A program made the position numbers and the translations under genes. This document shows positions 13,761 to 26,857 of a stretch of DNA of 64,000 nt, one piece after another (position 1 is the stretch's first letter; every line of letters begins with the position of its first letter). The notes below the pieces were generated by a model, which saw only the letters and a list, made by a program, of their open reading frames with translations, ran no database searches and was not told the origin of the DNA. Location of the stretch: assembly GCF_964204645.1 (NCBI RefSeq), contig NC_134027.1, forward strand, positions 15,284,485 through 15,348,484. The letters run 5' to 3'. This stretch comes from Tubulanus polymorphus. Its lineage: Eukaryota > Animalia > Nemertea.

Positions 13761-13892
13761 TGCTATTTAGCGTAGTTTTAGTGTAATTTAATTTGCCTTT
13801 GAACTAGTGATAACTCGCTAGACAAAGCAACCGGATGTCTCCCTTGACAGTGGCGCCGCGAGTGGTAGTAGTTCTACTGGTTCCTCATTCCG

Positions 13893-15140
13893 CTGCTACT
13901 AAAATAATTAAGGGAAAGCCATAGAATGGCGTACGTTTCATTGGACTAGGTGCCATATACGTGCCGATTTCAAATGCTCATTGCTGGTGAGGATGTAATT
14001 ATTTCACTCATCCGCCATAATTATTGTTTCATTTTAATACCTGGTAATTGTTTTGATTGACATTGATTGAGGTGTAAGCGAATATTCACTTACACGAGGC
14101 CTCCATGTGCGCGTGGAGTGCAACACACACGCACACAAGCTCGTGCAGTACACTACTAATAAGGTTGATGCTGTAACGCGTGCACGTTTGACATGAAAAT
14201 AGGCTGAATAATCGTAGCAGATGAGCGCTGTGTTTTCTGTTCGATATAATTTGTAATAAATTGTAATTTCTTGTGACCTGAAATACTAAGCAGCAACGTA
14301 TAAGGTCTGTCGAGGTAAATTTCTGTATAACCCGACCAACCTTGAAAACCTTTTTCTGGGATTCATTGAAATAAATTTTATTATTGATATAAACGGCCGA
14401 CCGACCCACTGCTGACTATGAGCCACGTATGTTTGAATTCAAGTGTGCATCGTGTGAAAACATGCCTTGACATGTGGCCTAGTTTAAGTTTTCCAGGGAA
14501 CTGGCAGTGTTCCAATAAGCTGCCATTCATTCTAATAGTGACTATGTTAAAGCTGGTAACGTAAAAGCGCGCACATATTCAATGTAATGTTTCAATTTTA
14601 ACTCAGAGATGACGCTCTGGACGAAGTTATAATTTTAGAATAATTCTTGAAATCTACGCTATTAGACAAATTTCCCGTGCACAACCTAAATGAATTTATT
14701 TTTGCGATTTTGTTTCCATGTAAAAAAGCCCAAAGGTGAAAATTTTTTTTTTTGCCCAAAAATTTGGCAAAAAAAATTTCTACCTACCTACCGACTCATC
14801 CTGACAAGTTCAGTCGGTGGTGCGGCAAAAAGACAATTATTTTAGGATGGCCTTATTTGAATATTTTTTCATTTTGTGAAACATATTTTTTTGAAAATAT
14901 AAGATAGTTTCCCTGCTGCGCCTACCTGTACCCTACAAAATTTTGGACGTGGACCGTAAACAAATGTATATCTTTGGTCTTATTTGACTACAAAATAATT
15001 CTTTAAGAAAGATAACATACAATATAAACTTGTGGAACTTTGAAGTCATGAATTAAAAAGATTTTCCAAGCAATGCCCTTATTCCAAACAACCTCTAGCT
15101 TTCAAGGTAAACCACACTTTGCCCATGGGCAATTTATTTT
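13893..15140. repeat. Composite interspersed repeat block, duplicated at 20699-21123 and 22780-23600
   Basis: Long near-identical sequence is readable in both places, e.g. GGGAAAGCCATAGAATGG... and ...GCTTTCAAGGTAAACCACACTTTGCCCATGGGC. Confidence 0.8.
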
Positions 15141-15189
15141 AATTCTGCAGATCTTTTTCCCAACTCCTTTGCCCACTGTATTTGTTTTT

Positions 15190-15570
15190 CGGATCTAGGC
15201 TTCTTCTTAACATCATCACTCATTTAATTTACCTAATTTTTGTTCTGATTCAATATCTGTTTCGATATCTGATTTTATATCTTTATATACTATAGTTTTG
15301 ATATTAGAAAATGTTATTACTCCAGTAGAAATTAATGTCATTATTCCGCCTAATTGAAATGAAGCATATCCAACCCATTTTTGCAGTTCTGTCATAACTA
15401 ATATAATTTATGATTTATATAATTTATTTTCATCATCAACTGGTACTACCCGGTAACTTAATTTAGAATAACATTTTATAATACCATCCCAAATAGAGTC
15501 ATTTATTCTAGCTAATCTTGCTTCTTCATATATTTTGAAATGTTTGATTACTTTATCTGGTTTCATACTA
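15190..15570 (-). pseudogene. Remnants of the copy A homologues of ORFs 36686-37288 and 36277-36693
   Basis: Reads KPDKVIKHFKIYEEARLARINDSI...MTELQKWVGYASFQLGG and MSDDVKKKPRSEKQI. Confidence 0.8.
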
Positions 15571-16784
15571 CTTTTGTCTATATAGGAGCAATTAAATTGT
15601 CCAGATAAGTCATTTCGGATCCTCGATAATAAATCCTCAAACTGAAAATTAATCTAACAAAAAAAAACCAGTTGATTTCATAAACACATATATTTATTAT
15701 GCAAATTGTAGCGATCGAAGATATATTAATTGAGAACAATAGAAAAGCGGTCCAGTAGGACCGCTTATTGCGCAATACAGTTATATATTTATTCTGAAAA
15801 CTACAACATTCAAACACAGAACTGTAACCAATCAATACAGAACAGTCGTTTCCATCAACAACGACCAAAGATAGAATAATTGAGAACAATAGAAAAGCTG
15901 TCCTATAAGACCGCTTACTGCGCAATACACAGTTAACAGTAACCAATCAATACAGTATAGCTGCCACCATTAACAACGACCGAACGACGAATGTACGTGC
16001 AACTGCAATTCCGGCAAATATCATACATTGGAAGTCTATACAGTATGAGAAAACAGCTTCATTCTCTTGAGATGAAACATCCATAATTTCTGATTCCACA
16101 TCCATCTTCACTATCTTGATTCAATGGTCTTCATTTTTTTATCTAAAAGATATCTAGCGTAGAATATAATTAACTTGAAGTTGAACCAGGTTTATGCTTA
16201 AATTTAGCACGAGTCAAATCATTGCTCGTGAGTTTGAGAAGTGGCTCCACTTTATAACAGCTCGGAGTACTCCAAACTCACAGCGTTTTTGTTAAATATA
16301 GATTAATACACTTAAACTTATTTAAAGTAACCCCTTTCGGATTTCTTATACTCACAGCGTTGTTGTTAAATATGAATTACTGCATTTAAACATATTTGAA
16401 GGTTTTATATTTAGTAACCCCCCTTTCCCTACTTCATAATATCAACAAAAAACGGTACTTACATTTAGAACTGTAAACTGTTACTCCTAATTGTGTTTCG
16501 AGAGAGAAATCCTATGCGTCCTGTATATGCCGTCTGTTCGGTGTGGGTGCCGCGATCCAGTATGATGTAATGCGTCCGCGGTGTTTCATTATGTCTCAAT
16601 ACATCCAGGCACTGTCTGGTGCTATGGCAACGCTGGCAACAGGCGTTCTTTTATAATGAAATCAATTAATTCTTTACAATTGAATGCAAGCATCTGACAG
16701 ATGTTTCGGTAAACAAACTACAGCTATGCAATTGTATACAGGGAGTTATAGGCCAAGTGTTATCGGGCTCTTAATCTAAGCGCT

Positions 16785-19700
16785 TAAGATTCAACGTATT
16801 TTTCATTCTGTGTTGAATTCCGTAATTCAACAAATGTCTTTGCTTTACACAGCTGATCTTAATATAACTGTAAATCTCATTTTTCAGATTTAATCATATT
16901 TTCCTTCTTTTCAAGAGGTCTTAAATTCTTCCAATTCCAAATTAACTTTTTATTTTAATCATCATCCATATCAAATTTAGATATTGGTAACACATGATCA
17001 ATGTGAAAATAATCACTGTAATTATTTAGATTCATTTTATCGTCAAACTGATATACAATCCATGATTTTAAGAATTCATCTGAACAACCCAACAAATTAG
17101 ATAGTGTTTCTGAGTGTTTATCTTAACTGAATAAATGTGATAATCTAGAACCTATACATTTTCTCATTTTGATAATTTTTGTTATACTCATTATAATATT
17201 CTCTATTATTTGCTTGATATTGCTTAACCCTTTCACACTTTCATACATAATAATACGTACCATTTTTATTTTCTGTTCATGCTTTCATACGTGATATTAC
17301 GTACCTACACAGGGAAGCGAGGTTTTTGGTGGTAAAGTGTCATATCTACCTCGCGCGATGTTTCAAGGTCGTTGTTTTTATAAGATTGACATTTTTTCGT
17401 TTCTTCGGAGTTTACAGCGAGGTTACGAGTAGTTTTTTGTGAAAATAATGTCGAAAAGAACAGTTTCCCAAATACTGAACGATTCTATGTTTTGGGACGA
17501 TTCTTCTTGTGATGACAATCAGGCTAGAAGCAGTGACGACGATGGTTTTTCTGATGAAAATGTGAGTGAAACTGATAAACATTCTGTCAGTTCTGCTATT
17601 TCTGCTGCTGATGATACTTTGGAAGATGATGATGATGATGGGGACCAGAACAGTGATGATGGGTTTTCGTCAAGTGATGATGAACCATTACGTAGACTCG
17701 TTCCTGCAGTTAGGCCTAGGGCTAGAAACAACAAGCAATATCTTGCAAATATAGTCTGGGGAACAGACCTTCATGACCCTAAAGACATAAATTTTACAGT
17801 ACCACAGCCAGGTGTTTAAACGCAGCAACTGTTTCACGAAATACAGCTGTTGAAATCTTTCAACTGTTTTTCACGGAGTATTTGCTTGGTAATATTGTTA
17901 CGGAAACTAATCGATATGCTACCCAGTGTATGGCAAAGCCCCCCAAAGGTCAGAAACATTGCGAATGGCACGATCTTACTATTCCAGGACTCAAAACCTG
18001 GCTTGGACTATTGTTGAATATGGGTATTGTACAAAAAAGAGGTCAACTGAAAACGTACTGGTCGAGTGAATTTGTTACAATGATCCCTATGTTCTCAAAA
18101 ACAATGTCTGGTAAGCGTTTTATGAATATTCTCCGCTTCCTACACTTAGTCAATAATGAATCGGTTGAAATAGACAAAACAAATAAATTGTGGAAATGTG
18201 AACCTTTATTGAAATACCTGGTGAAACAATTCCAGAAAGCGTATATCCCACGTCGGGAGTTGGCAATGGATGAAACTATGGTCAAATTCAAAGGGAGATT
18301 AGGAATAAAACAATATATAAAAAATAAACCAACAAAATGGGGAATGAAGTTTTTCACCTTGGCTGAATCTACTAATGCATATGTATTGAATGTTGTACCG
18401 TACAGTGGTCAACGGGACGAGACTGATGTTGGGAAAACTACACAAGCTGTAATCGACGTATATGAACCATACTGGCATAAAGGGTATTGGTTGTTTACTG
18501 ACAATTACTAAACCAGTATTGAGCTTATGCTTGAACTAGAACCAAAAAGAATACTGTTATGTGGCACAGTGAATGCCAATAGAAAGGGTTTGCCTATAAA
18601 TATGTCAAAAACGTGTGCCGCAGTAAAAAAACTTGATCGTGGGGAAAGCATTACCCGTATGAGTGGTGAAATGATAGTTATTACCTGGAAGGACAAACGA
18701 GTTGTAAACCTATTATCAAATATCCCTGGCAGTAATGACAATACTAACATAGAGAGGGTGGGAAAAGGTGGAGATGCGAAAAATATTACCAAACCAAATG
18801 CCATCATTTTGTACAACAAATTCATGGGCGGGGTGGATCTCTCAGATCAACGGGATCTCTCAAATCATTGACGTGGTACCTGCAAATATTCTATCACATG
18901 TTTAGGCTGTCAGCAGTTCAGGCCTTTATTATTCATAGAGAATTGCACCCTGATTCAAAGAAATCACAACTTGAATTCTTTATTGAACTTGTCAAGGTTT
19001 GGTTGATGGACGTACTTATACTGGCAGGCAAGGTCGTCCATCCCAACAGTTCGAGGCTGCTAGATTCAATAGAAATCTTGTTCATGCCCCACTACGCCTA
19101 AACTCACAGTCAAAATGCAAGGTACATGTACGTCGGGTTAACACCCAGTTCATCTGCGAGGCTTGTGAAGTTAGAATGTGTCCATTCTCTTGTTTTCATA
19201 GATATCACTACATGGGCAAATATGAGTTTGATGATCCTGATAAAGTAGGTGCCAAAGTAGCAAGAAAGAAGCAGAGAAAGGTTTAGATATATATAAGTAC
19301 ATATATTTAGGTTTTTATTCAGTAATACAAGTATGTGAACAAGAATTTTCAACATATTCTAATGTTTAAGCTTTTTACTACAGTTTCACTATTCTGAGGT
19401 AGCACCCGCTACAGCCTGATAAAATCTGAATATATATTGAATTGATATATTATGTAATTGTATGTGTTATTTGAGGTTATAAGTCGAATAAAAAACAATA
19501 AACTTGTAAATTAAATGAATTCATACATTCAAAATAAACATTTTCAAATATGATCAAATATTTTGTTAAAAATTTTGATATTTTCACTTGGTTTCCATGG
19601 TAACTGAGGTGACTTTATTCCAAAATAAAACGGCTGAACCAAATATTCTGAGATGCATCTTGTAATTATCGACCAGAAAATATGTACTTTTATGGGACTA

Positions 19701-20019
19701 TCTCTTCAAAGTTGTGAGTTATCCAACTTTTCCTATCAGTGGTTTTAATTATTATCGCATACAAAAAACAATAGGAATCACAAAGGGGTCATTATGAAAA
19801 AAATATTTGAGTGAGAAAGGGTTAATCTTATCTTTGCGTGTTTCAGTATTATTTCTATAATTTTTTTTGTCACTTGTTTACTACAAGTTTTACAATAACT
19901 TTGCTTACCATCTTTCTGAGTTTTATGATTTTTATGATATATTCTGATAATGATTTATTTATTTTACACTTCCAACATTTCTTATAGTATATATTTATCG
20001 TTTGTGATTGTTCCTCCAT
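16785..20019 (-). pseudogene. HNH endonuclease gene of copy A, split by piggyBac
   Basis: N-terminus MEEQSQTINIYYKKCWKC at 20019 and C-terminus YFHIDHVLPISKF...WKNLRPLEKKEN at about 17010-16900. Homologous to 37618-38292. Confidence 0.85.
17228..19821 (+). mobile_element. piggyBac DNA transposon, full-length with a degenerate transposase
   Basis: TTAA-CCCTTTCACACT ... AGTGAGAAAGGG-TTAA. Transposase motifs AMDETMVKFKGR, KPTKWGMK, FTDNY, YNKFMGGVD and a C-terminal Cys-rich domain, broken by stops and frameshifts. Confidence 0.93.
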
Positions 20020-20037
20020 TTATTATACATATTTTTA

Positions 20038-20160
20038 TTAAAATTGTTTAACATATTTCCCTTTCTCTAAGTGAGATTTAGTTTTATTATGTCTTGCTTT
20101 TTTAGATTTATCTATAATGATTTTACATGTTGGACAGTAGTACTTCTTATTTGCTTCCAT
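20038..20160 (-). CDS. Small zinc-finger ORF at the right end of copy A, equivalent to the polB N-terminus
   Basis: MEANKKYYCPTCKIIIDKSKKARHNKTKSHLEK compared with the polB start MEANKYYCPTCNIDIDKSQKARHNKTRTHLEN. Confidence 0.55.
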   Translation of the reverse strand: MEANKKYYCPTCKIIIDKSKKARHNKTKSHLEKGKYVKQF

Positions 20161-20238
20161 TTTAATATCAAATTTTTTATTAAAATTGATTTTACGTATT
20201 TTATTCATATAGAAAATATTCATTTATAAAAATATTTA

Positions 20239-20321
20239 AGTAATTGGGAATGTGTTTGTTCAGGTCAAAGGGTCGAAAAAATAAATTCGAGCGTGCCTGA
20301 ACAAACACATTCCCGATTACT
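20239..20321. repeat. Fold-back hairpin terminus of copy A
   Basis: AGTAATTGGGAATGTGTTTGTTCAGG ... CCTGAACAAACACATTCCCGATTACT: a 26-bp stem with one mismatch. Confidence 0.85.
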
Positions 20322-21134
20322 CCCGCTTAAAATGTGTGGCACTTGGTGACTGGTGATCAGAATTGCCTAGCATATAAATAACATTCAATAAGCTCTTTGG
20401 TTTACCTTTGTCAGCGATATGATGTTGGCATTGAGCCAATTCATGTAAAATCGCGGTACGTTTTTTTATGTGAGCATTTGTTTCATTGGTTCTTGGCTTA
20501 AAAGACGTATAATCGATGCGATTGAAGACATGGCGAACCTCCGTCGATGACATGGTCAACTGAGTTAAAATTCTACGAAAAACTGTTTTTGGCGGGAAAA
20601 TTCTTAGCTCTCGCGTATAAAATTGCAATGACCTCGATTGGGGGGGCGTTGTCTCTACGAACAAATGGGATTGTTTTTTGGATATACGGGGAATTCCGGC
20701 GCTACTAAAATTATGGGAAAGCCATAGAATGGTGTACGTTTCATTGGACTAGGTGCCGTATACGTGCCGATTTCAAATGCTCATTGCTGGTGAGGATGTA
20801 ATTATTTCACTCATCTGCCATAGGTATTGTTTCATTTTAATACCCGGTGATTGTTTTGATTGACATTGAGGTGTAAGCGAATATTCACTTACACGAGGCC
20901 TCCACATGCACGCGGAGTGCTACACCACACACACACACACACACACAAGCTCGTACAGTACACTACGGTGATGCTGTAACGCGTGAACGTTTGATATGAA
21001 AATAGGCTGAATAATCATAGCAGAAGATGAGCGCTGTGTTTTCTGTTCGATAGAATTTGTAATAAATTGTAATTTCTTGTGACCTGAAAATACTAAGCAG
21101 CAAACTAAAAGGTCTGTCGAGGTCTGAATATTGT

Positions 21135-22597
21135 CACTTTCCAAAAACGGCTTATTCTGCCAATTTCGGCGTTTTCCGCCAATTATGGCAGAATCAGCCG
21201 TTTATGGATCACTCAGTTTTGAAACTTTCACAGTCGTTTATGGCTTAATCAGCCAGTTTCAGCTCACTGAGTTTCGAGTTTTGCTTTAAAGTTTTTTGCG
21301 CACTTCCGGTTCAATTAGCGCATGTTGCCGATGACGTCATAATCTCGAGCAGACGATTAGCTTTCATATGACGCTAGGATGGAAATTTTTGAGCTAGGTA
21401 AAGTGGTCAAATTTACGTTTTTCTAAATGATTACGTCATATGAAGCCCAAAAACTCCGGGAAAACTCTCAAAACTACTACAGCATGAAACAAGTTTATTA
21501 ATCATGATTTTTGTTAAAAATAAATTTGGGAACTAGTTTTAAAAACTATTATAAAGTTTTCAAGTAAACGTTGCCATGGGTACACATAAAAACATTCGCC
21601 ATTTCTGGCGTATTCCGCCGTTTTTGGCGTAGTTAGTTTTATAATCATAAACTATTAAGCCATTATTGGCAGTCCCCTTGTTACATATGAGGATTCCCCC
21701 ACCCACTTAGACGTTTCCCCTAGTGTCTACGCGGTACTTTTTTCGGAATAAAATAATTAATTTGCTGAGGTGAACGGATGTGTAAATATTATATGTTAAA
21801 AATAAAAATAAAATTATTATTATTATAATTATCATTCTCATAAGACAAATCAATCATGGATGTATAAACTAGTGTATCAAAAATCTAGTTTTAAGTTTTG
21901 CCCATGGTCTTATCTTGCCTAATAAAGCATAGAATGGTTGAGGGATATATTGGACTGCATATGATGTTGGTTAATTGAAGGTAATTAACATCTTCGATGC
22001 CTCCAAGCTAATTGATGGATTCTTGTGATGGATAGTGATTGAATGAATTGGTGGCCGATGACGTTACAACTCAAAATCGATACAGCTGTATCTAGACTCA
22101 TTTCAAAATACAACAAACATTTTCGAAACAATTTGGGATACATGTATGTATATATTTATTTCATAGAATACAGGTATACAGAAAGAACAGAATTCAAATA
22201 CATTTGCCATCGGAAACCCATACATTTATATTTAATTCTTTCTTGAAGCCTGGAACGGATCAATGAGATTAATTTTTCGGCGCAAATATACAAATGTATG
22301 CCAGCAGAAAAGCGATGATGTCATAATAGGGACTCCCATCGAACTAAGCATTATAAATAGCACCTGTAAAACTATCTAAGCTAAAAACGCCGTTTCTGGC
22401 GATGTAGTTTTAAAAACTGTAACAGCTGAAAACGGCGGAAATGGCGTTTTTTAAGAACAAGCCAAAAATGGCAGAAAACGCCGATTTCGGCTAAATTGGC
22501 AGAAGCAGTTTAAAACTGAGTAATCCATAAATGGCTGATTCTGCCGTTATTGGCGGAAAACGCCGAAATTGGCAGAATAAGCCGTTTTTGGAAAGTG
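21135..22597. mobile_element. Non-autonomous DNA transposon with long TIRs (CAC...GTG)
   Basis: CACTTTCCAAAAACGGCTTATTCTGCCAATTTCGGCGTTTTCCGCC is mirrored at 22510-22597 over about 90 bp. No TSD is evident. Confidence 0.75.
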
Positions 22598-22745
22598 TTC
22601 CTGACTGGTAGTGGTAAATTCCAGGACTTAAAACGATCTAATAGCCGATTTCTTCTGTACCACCGATATTTTAGCTTCCGTGGCCAACATTGGAAGAGGT
22701 TTCCAAGACCCAATATTCAGCCACCCTCTGATATGTGATGAATTT

Positions 22746-23316
22746 TAGGCCATCCCAAAATAATGGTCTGTTTGCCGTAACCCGACCAACCTGACTTCAG
22801 AGGTACCGAGTGAAAACTTTTTTCTAGGATTCATTGAAATAAATTTTATTTTTGATAAAAACAGCCGACCGACTATGAGCTACGTATGTTTGAATTCTAG
22901 TGTGCATGGTGTGAAAACATGCCTTGACATGTGGCCTAGTTTAAGTTTCCAGGAAACTGGCAGTGTTCCAATAAGCTGCCATTCATTCTAATAGTGACTA
23001 AAGTGACTGAATAGCTGGTAACGTGAAAGCGCGCACATATTCAATGTACCGTTTCATTTTTAAGACAGAGATGACGCTCTGGACGAAGTTATAATTTTAG
23101 AATAATTCTTGAAATCTACGCTATTAGACAAATTTCCTGTGCGCAACGTAGATGATTTTTTGCGATATTGTTTCCATGTAAAAAAGCCCAAAGGTGAAAA
23201 ATTTGGTTTTTTTTTGCCCAAAAATTTTGCAAAAAAAAAATTCTACCTACCTACCGACTCATCCTGAAAAGTTGAGTCGGTGTTGCAGCAAACAGACAAT
23301 TATTTTGGGATGGCCT
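22746..23316. mobile_element. MITE with AGGCCATCCC termini (Kolobok-like)
   Basis: AGGCCATCCCAAAATAAT ... ATTATTTTGGGATGGCCT. A partial second copy ends at about 14853. Confidence 0.65.
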
Positions 23317-24123
23317 TATTTGAATATTTTTTCATATATTAAACATATTTTTTTGAAAATATAAAATAGTTTCCCTGCCGTGCCTACCTGTACCCTACAA
23401 ACTTTTAGACGTGGACCGCAAACAAATGTATATCTTTGGTCTTATTTGACTACAAAATAATTCTTTAGGAAAGATAAAATACAATATAAACTGTGGATCT
23501 TTGAAGTCACGAATTAAAAAGATTTTTCAAGCAATGCCCTTACTCCAAACAACCTCTAGCTTTCAAGGTAAACCACACTTTGCCCATGGGCAATTTATTT
23601 GTATCTACATCCATACCGTCGAAATGCCAGGTCTTCGTCACGTATACAGTGAATGCCATAGAATGGTATTGTGTTCAGTGTTGCCATCTTCCTGATTTTA
23701 CTACTTATAGTAATATTTTCTAATGAGAAAATCTGATTTGATTTTTTGGATGCGTACAGCAATATGATAGATGTTACTGTGAGTGTAACTGTTGATTACT
23801 GATTAATTTGAATATAATACAAAGGTATACAAACAGACAAATCAGATGTATGCCGGATGCTACATGTATATCATTAGCTAGCAACTTCTCATTTGCCATC
23901 TACCAGTTAAGTTTGGGGTACAGGCGGAAGGCTTCTGCTTGCCATCTGTATCCTCGATCACGTGCATCAATGATGGTCTAGCATCACTCACCTTGATGTT
24001 GTTAAATCTATAAATCACAAAATTTAGAGTAGGCCTTTAGGAACATATTTGTATTCGAAAAAATATTTGCAACATGCATTTAAGAATATCTTTTTAGTTG
24101 TACTGTTATGCTGTTTTTTGTAG

Positions 24124-24270
24124 TTTGTGACTTATGCTCGAGTTGGGAGTTTTTTCGCTGTACTTTTGTGTAATACGATTATGTGGACGTGCTTTGTGAA
24201 AGCATTGCGACGTTGTACTTCAACTGCAGAGGCAACAATTGTTAACACAGCTACAAACTTTCTTCTCACG
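24124..24270 (+). CDS. TMEM42: Transmembrane protein 42, coding exon 2
   Basis: Acceptor ttttttgtag|TTT. Encodes FVTYARVGSFFAVLLCNTIMWTCFVKALRRCTSTAEATIVNTATNFLLT (TMEM42 NxxMWxxFxxAL...TxxNF pattern). Donor ACG|GTAAGT, phase 0. Confidence 0.9.
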
Positions 24271-25223
24271 GTAAGTGTATCGACTTCTTTCTCCTTTAGA
24301 TTTCAAGGATTAAAGAGTCCATAGACGAATTTGTGACCTTTGCTTTATTTCCATCACTCTAGAGAAAAGTTTTAATCTAAATAAATTTTCAAATTTTTTT
24401 AGGGTTATTTAAACTTGGTTCACATAATTTGAAGTGTTCATAAAAGGCGTTCATAAAAGCGTTCATAAAGCGTTCATTGTATGTTTTTTCCCGATCTCCT
24501 TTGTACGTATAACACAGGAAAATCCAGTGTCCAGTATAGATGGGCGGTTGCTACTGCAACCCCGGTGTCCGAAGTCTGGGCAGGGCTGTGGCTGTATTCA
24601 GATGGTACCAGTATATTATCACGAAATAGCATACATGGTCTGTGTAGCTTACCTTCTTAAGTGTGATGTTTTTTTTGCTCAACCCATTAGACCGCAGAAC
24701 ATATGTTGACAATGTCCACTGTATAATACCGCCACCTATATGAAAAGTAGTGAAGGACATTGCCTCGGATTGTGTCAGCATAGAGAGATGAACTGCTGCA
24801 ACCTATCAGACATTCCAAAAATGGGTATTCCTATTCCACATATCGGAGTTACAACAACCAGAAGTTTGTGAGCTGCATTTTTCTGTCCGTGGTTTAGTGG
24901 CTAGCTCAGAACACTTAATGCACTTATCATGACAATGAATTCTCCTCCTCACTGAGTGAATGTGGATCAAGCTAAACAGCTTTTACTCGGGTCTCATGGC
25001 GGAGAAAGTGATCGGGATGATAATGCATCGGACATCGCCGTGAATGAGCAGGTATGAGTAAAAATATCTGATGAATAAAATGTGGCCCGGCTAATTGGTT
25101 TTTTTTGTTTACATCGGTGTTCTATTCTGACTCGTGCTGGAGATCTGTGTTTTCGCTGTCACTGATTATGATCTCCTATCTACTGATATTTCTAGAGTCA
25201 GAGAGACTTCTCTGAACCTGCAT

Positions 25224-26845
25224 TGTTAACATAGTGAGATACACATTTTTAACTTAAAAGTTATGATCGGCCTGTGAAAATTGTCTAATAAAGTAGTAAG
25301 TTGTAGTACTGTAAAAGAATGGCTGACTGGTAGTTACTGTTTCTGGCGATGTGGCAATATCTGTCTCCATAGAGGAAGCTAGGATGGCTCGGCAATCAAC
25401 AGGTTTTGGGCCCAGGACAGGAGTGAGAGTGTTTGACGAAATGTTTGACGGGGACAAAAGAATTCGAGATATGGCTGACGAAATTTATGGGATACATACG
25501 TATTCAGAAACTTATTTATGTTTTTACGGAAAATGAAGTAACCACGCCCACAGAATATAAAGTAACCAGAGTGACAGGAGTAGAAAAGCAGAAGCCTACA
25601 TGGAACTTGCGGTGCCCGGACGATCAGTCCATAAGCCGTGTAATGAGACACGCTTCGGATGACGGTCCAGCTGCATTGGGTATTTCGAAGTCACATTATC
25701 TGTCAAGAGGTAAGCCAAAAGAAATTAGCCCATATAGCAAATTAACGACAATCAGTAAAAGGGACAACAAAAATGTTACAGATTGCACGATTCGTGGAGA
25801 AAAGGTGGCTGCCGTGCTAAAAAGTGCCGGAGAAAGCGTGAGTGATAGCCTACTAGTAGCCATGTTGATTGAAGGGCTCCCGGAGATGTACAAGCCATTC
25901 TCAACTGTCATCAATAGAGAGATATAATGTCATTTAGCAACTTAAAAATAGCTCTTAGGAACTACAATGAAACTTACAGAAGCATTACGACTGAGGGTAA
26001 CGATGACACAGTTGAGAACATTGATTATAGGGTTGATCGTGGACTGGGTAGAGCCTGTTTCCATAATGGCAACAGTGGTGGTTGGATTGATAGCAACAGC
26101 CGCAATCATGGAAGTTACACTCAACCTACTATGAATAATGGTAGTAGGTCATCAATAATACATTGAGTGTCGAGATTCAATGAATCATATTCAGGATCGA
26201 GGCAAAGGCGAGGAATCGTCATTCTTCTTCAAAGTCAATTCCGGCAGTGCAAATGATATGCACAACAAAACACTCAACACTGATCAGTCGACTGTGGAAC
26301 AACAGCCTATATAATCACTGACGAGTCGAAGTTTATCTCGTTCGATGGAACATTTGATAGTTCACAGCATTATATCGAACTAGCAGATGGTTCAAGGAGA
26401 ATTAATCTAGCCTTAAACGGTGGCGATGCAGTGGTTCGTTTACCCAACTCTAATGGGATTATACATAATATTACCCTGACAAAAACTCTGTACGTTCCGT
26501 CGTTCAAACAGGATATAGTTTCCGTTCAAGCCGGTACCGTACAAGGTGTTGAAGTCGAATTTCTAAGTGATCGCGGTAGCATAACCACACTGAGGGGCCA
26601 TACGTTTAATTTTCACAGACACTACAGATTGTACTACATGTGCAACTTAATATCCAAGAATAAAGAAGGCCAGTCATTGGAAGACTGGCATAGAATTCTA
26701 GGGCACTGCAACCAAGAGGATGTTCTGAAATTGGAGTCTGCCACTAAAAGGATCAAAATAACATACATTTCAACACAAAATTTCAAGCGTGAACCTGATA
26801 CCTGAGCTTAAGCTCCATTCGATCTTGTGCACTGCGATTTGGCAG
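25224..26845 (+). mobile_element. Ty1/copia LTR retrotransposon, 5' fragment (LTR, PBS, gag, protease, start of integrase), degenerate
   Basis: Putative LTR TGTT...AACA at 25224-25401, followed by the copia-type PBS GGTTTTGGGCCCAG. Gag FDGD..FEIW, protease DCGTTAYI, WHRILGHCN and FDLVHCDLA, after which it is truncated. Confidence 0.8.
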
Positions 26846-26857
26846 TCTGTCAATGCA

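Larger units (their letters stand above)
11069..13850. mobile_element. KolobokP-like DNA transposon fragment (DDE transposase convergent with a PD-(D/E)XK nuclease gene)
   Basis: A Harbinger-type DDE transposase 3' half on + faces a spliced SAP-SWIM-YqaJ gene on -. Termini were not identified. Confidence 0.7.
3131..20321 (+). mobile_element. Decayed Polinton/Maverick-like element (copy A) in TMEM42 intron 1, fragmented by nested transposons
   Basis: Colinear homologues of the element at 26858-40181: MCP, ZnF ORF, ATPase, integrase tail, two minus-strand ORFs, non-coding arm, HNH, small ZnF ORF, and a terminus ending ATTACT at 20321. The left end and polB are missing. Confidence 0.88.
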
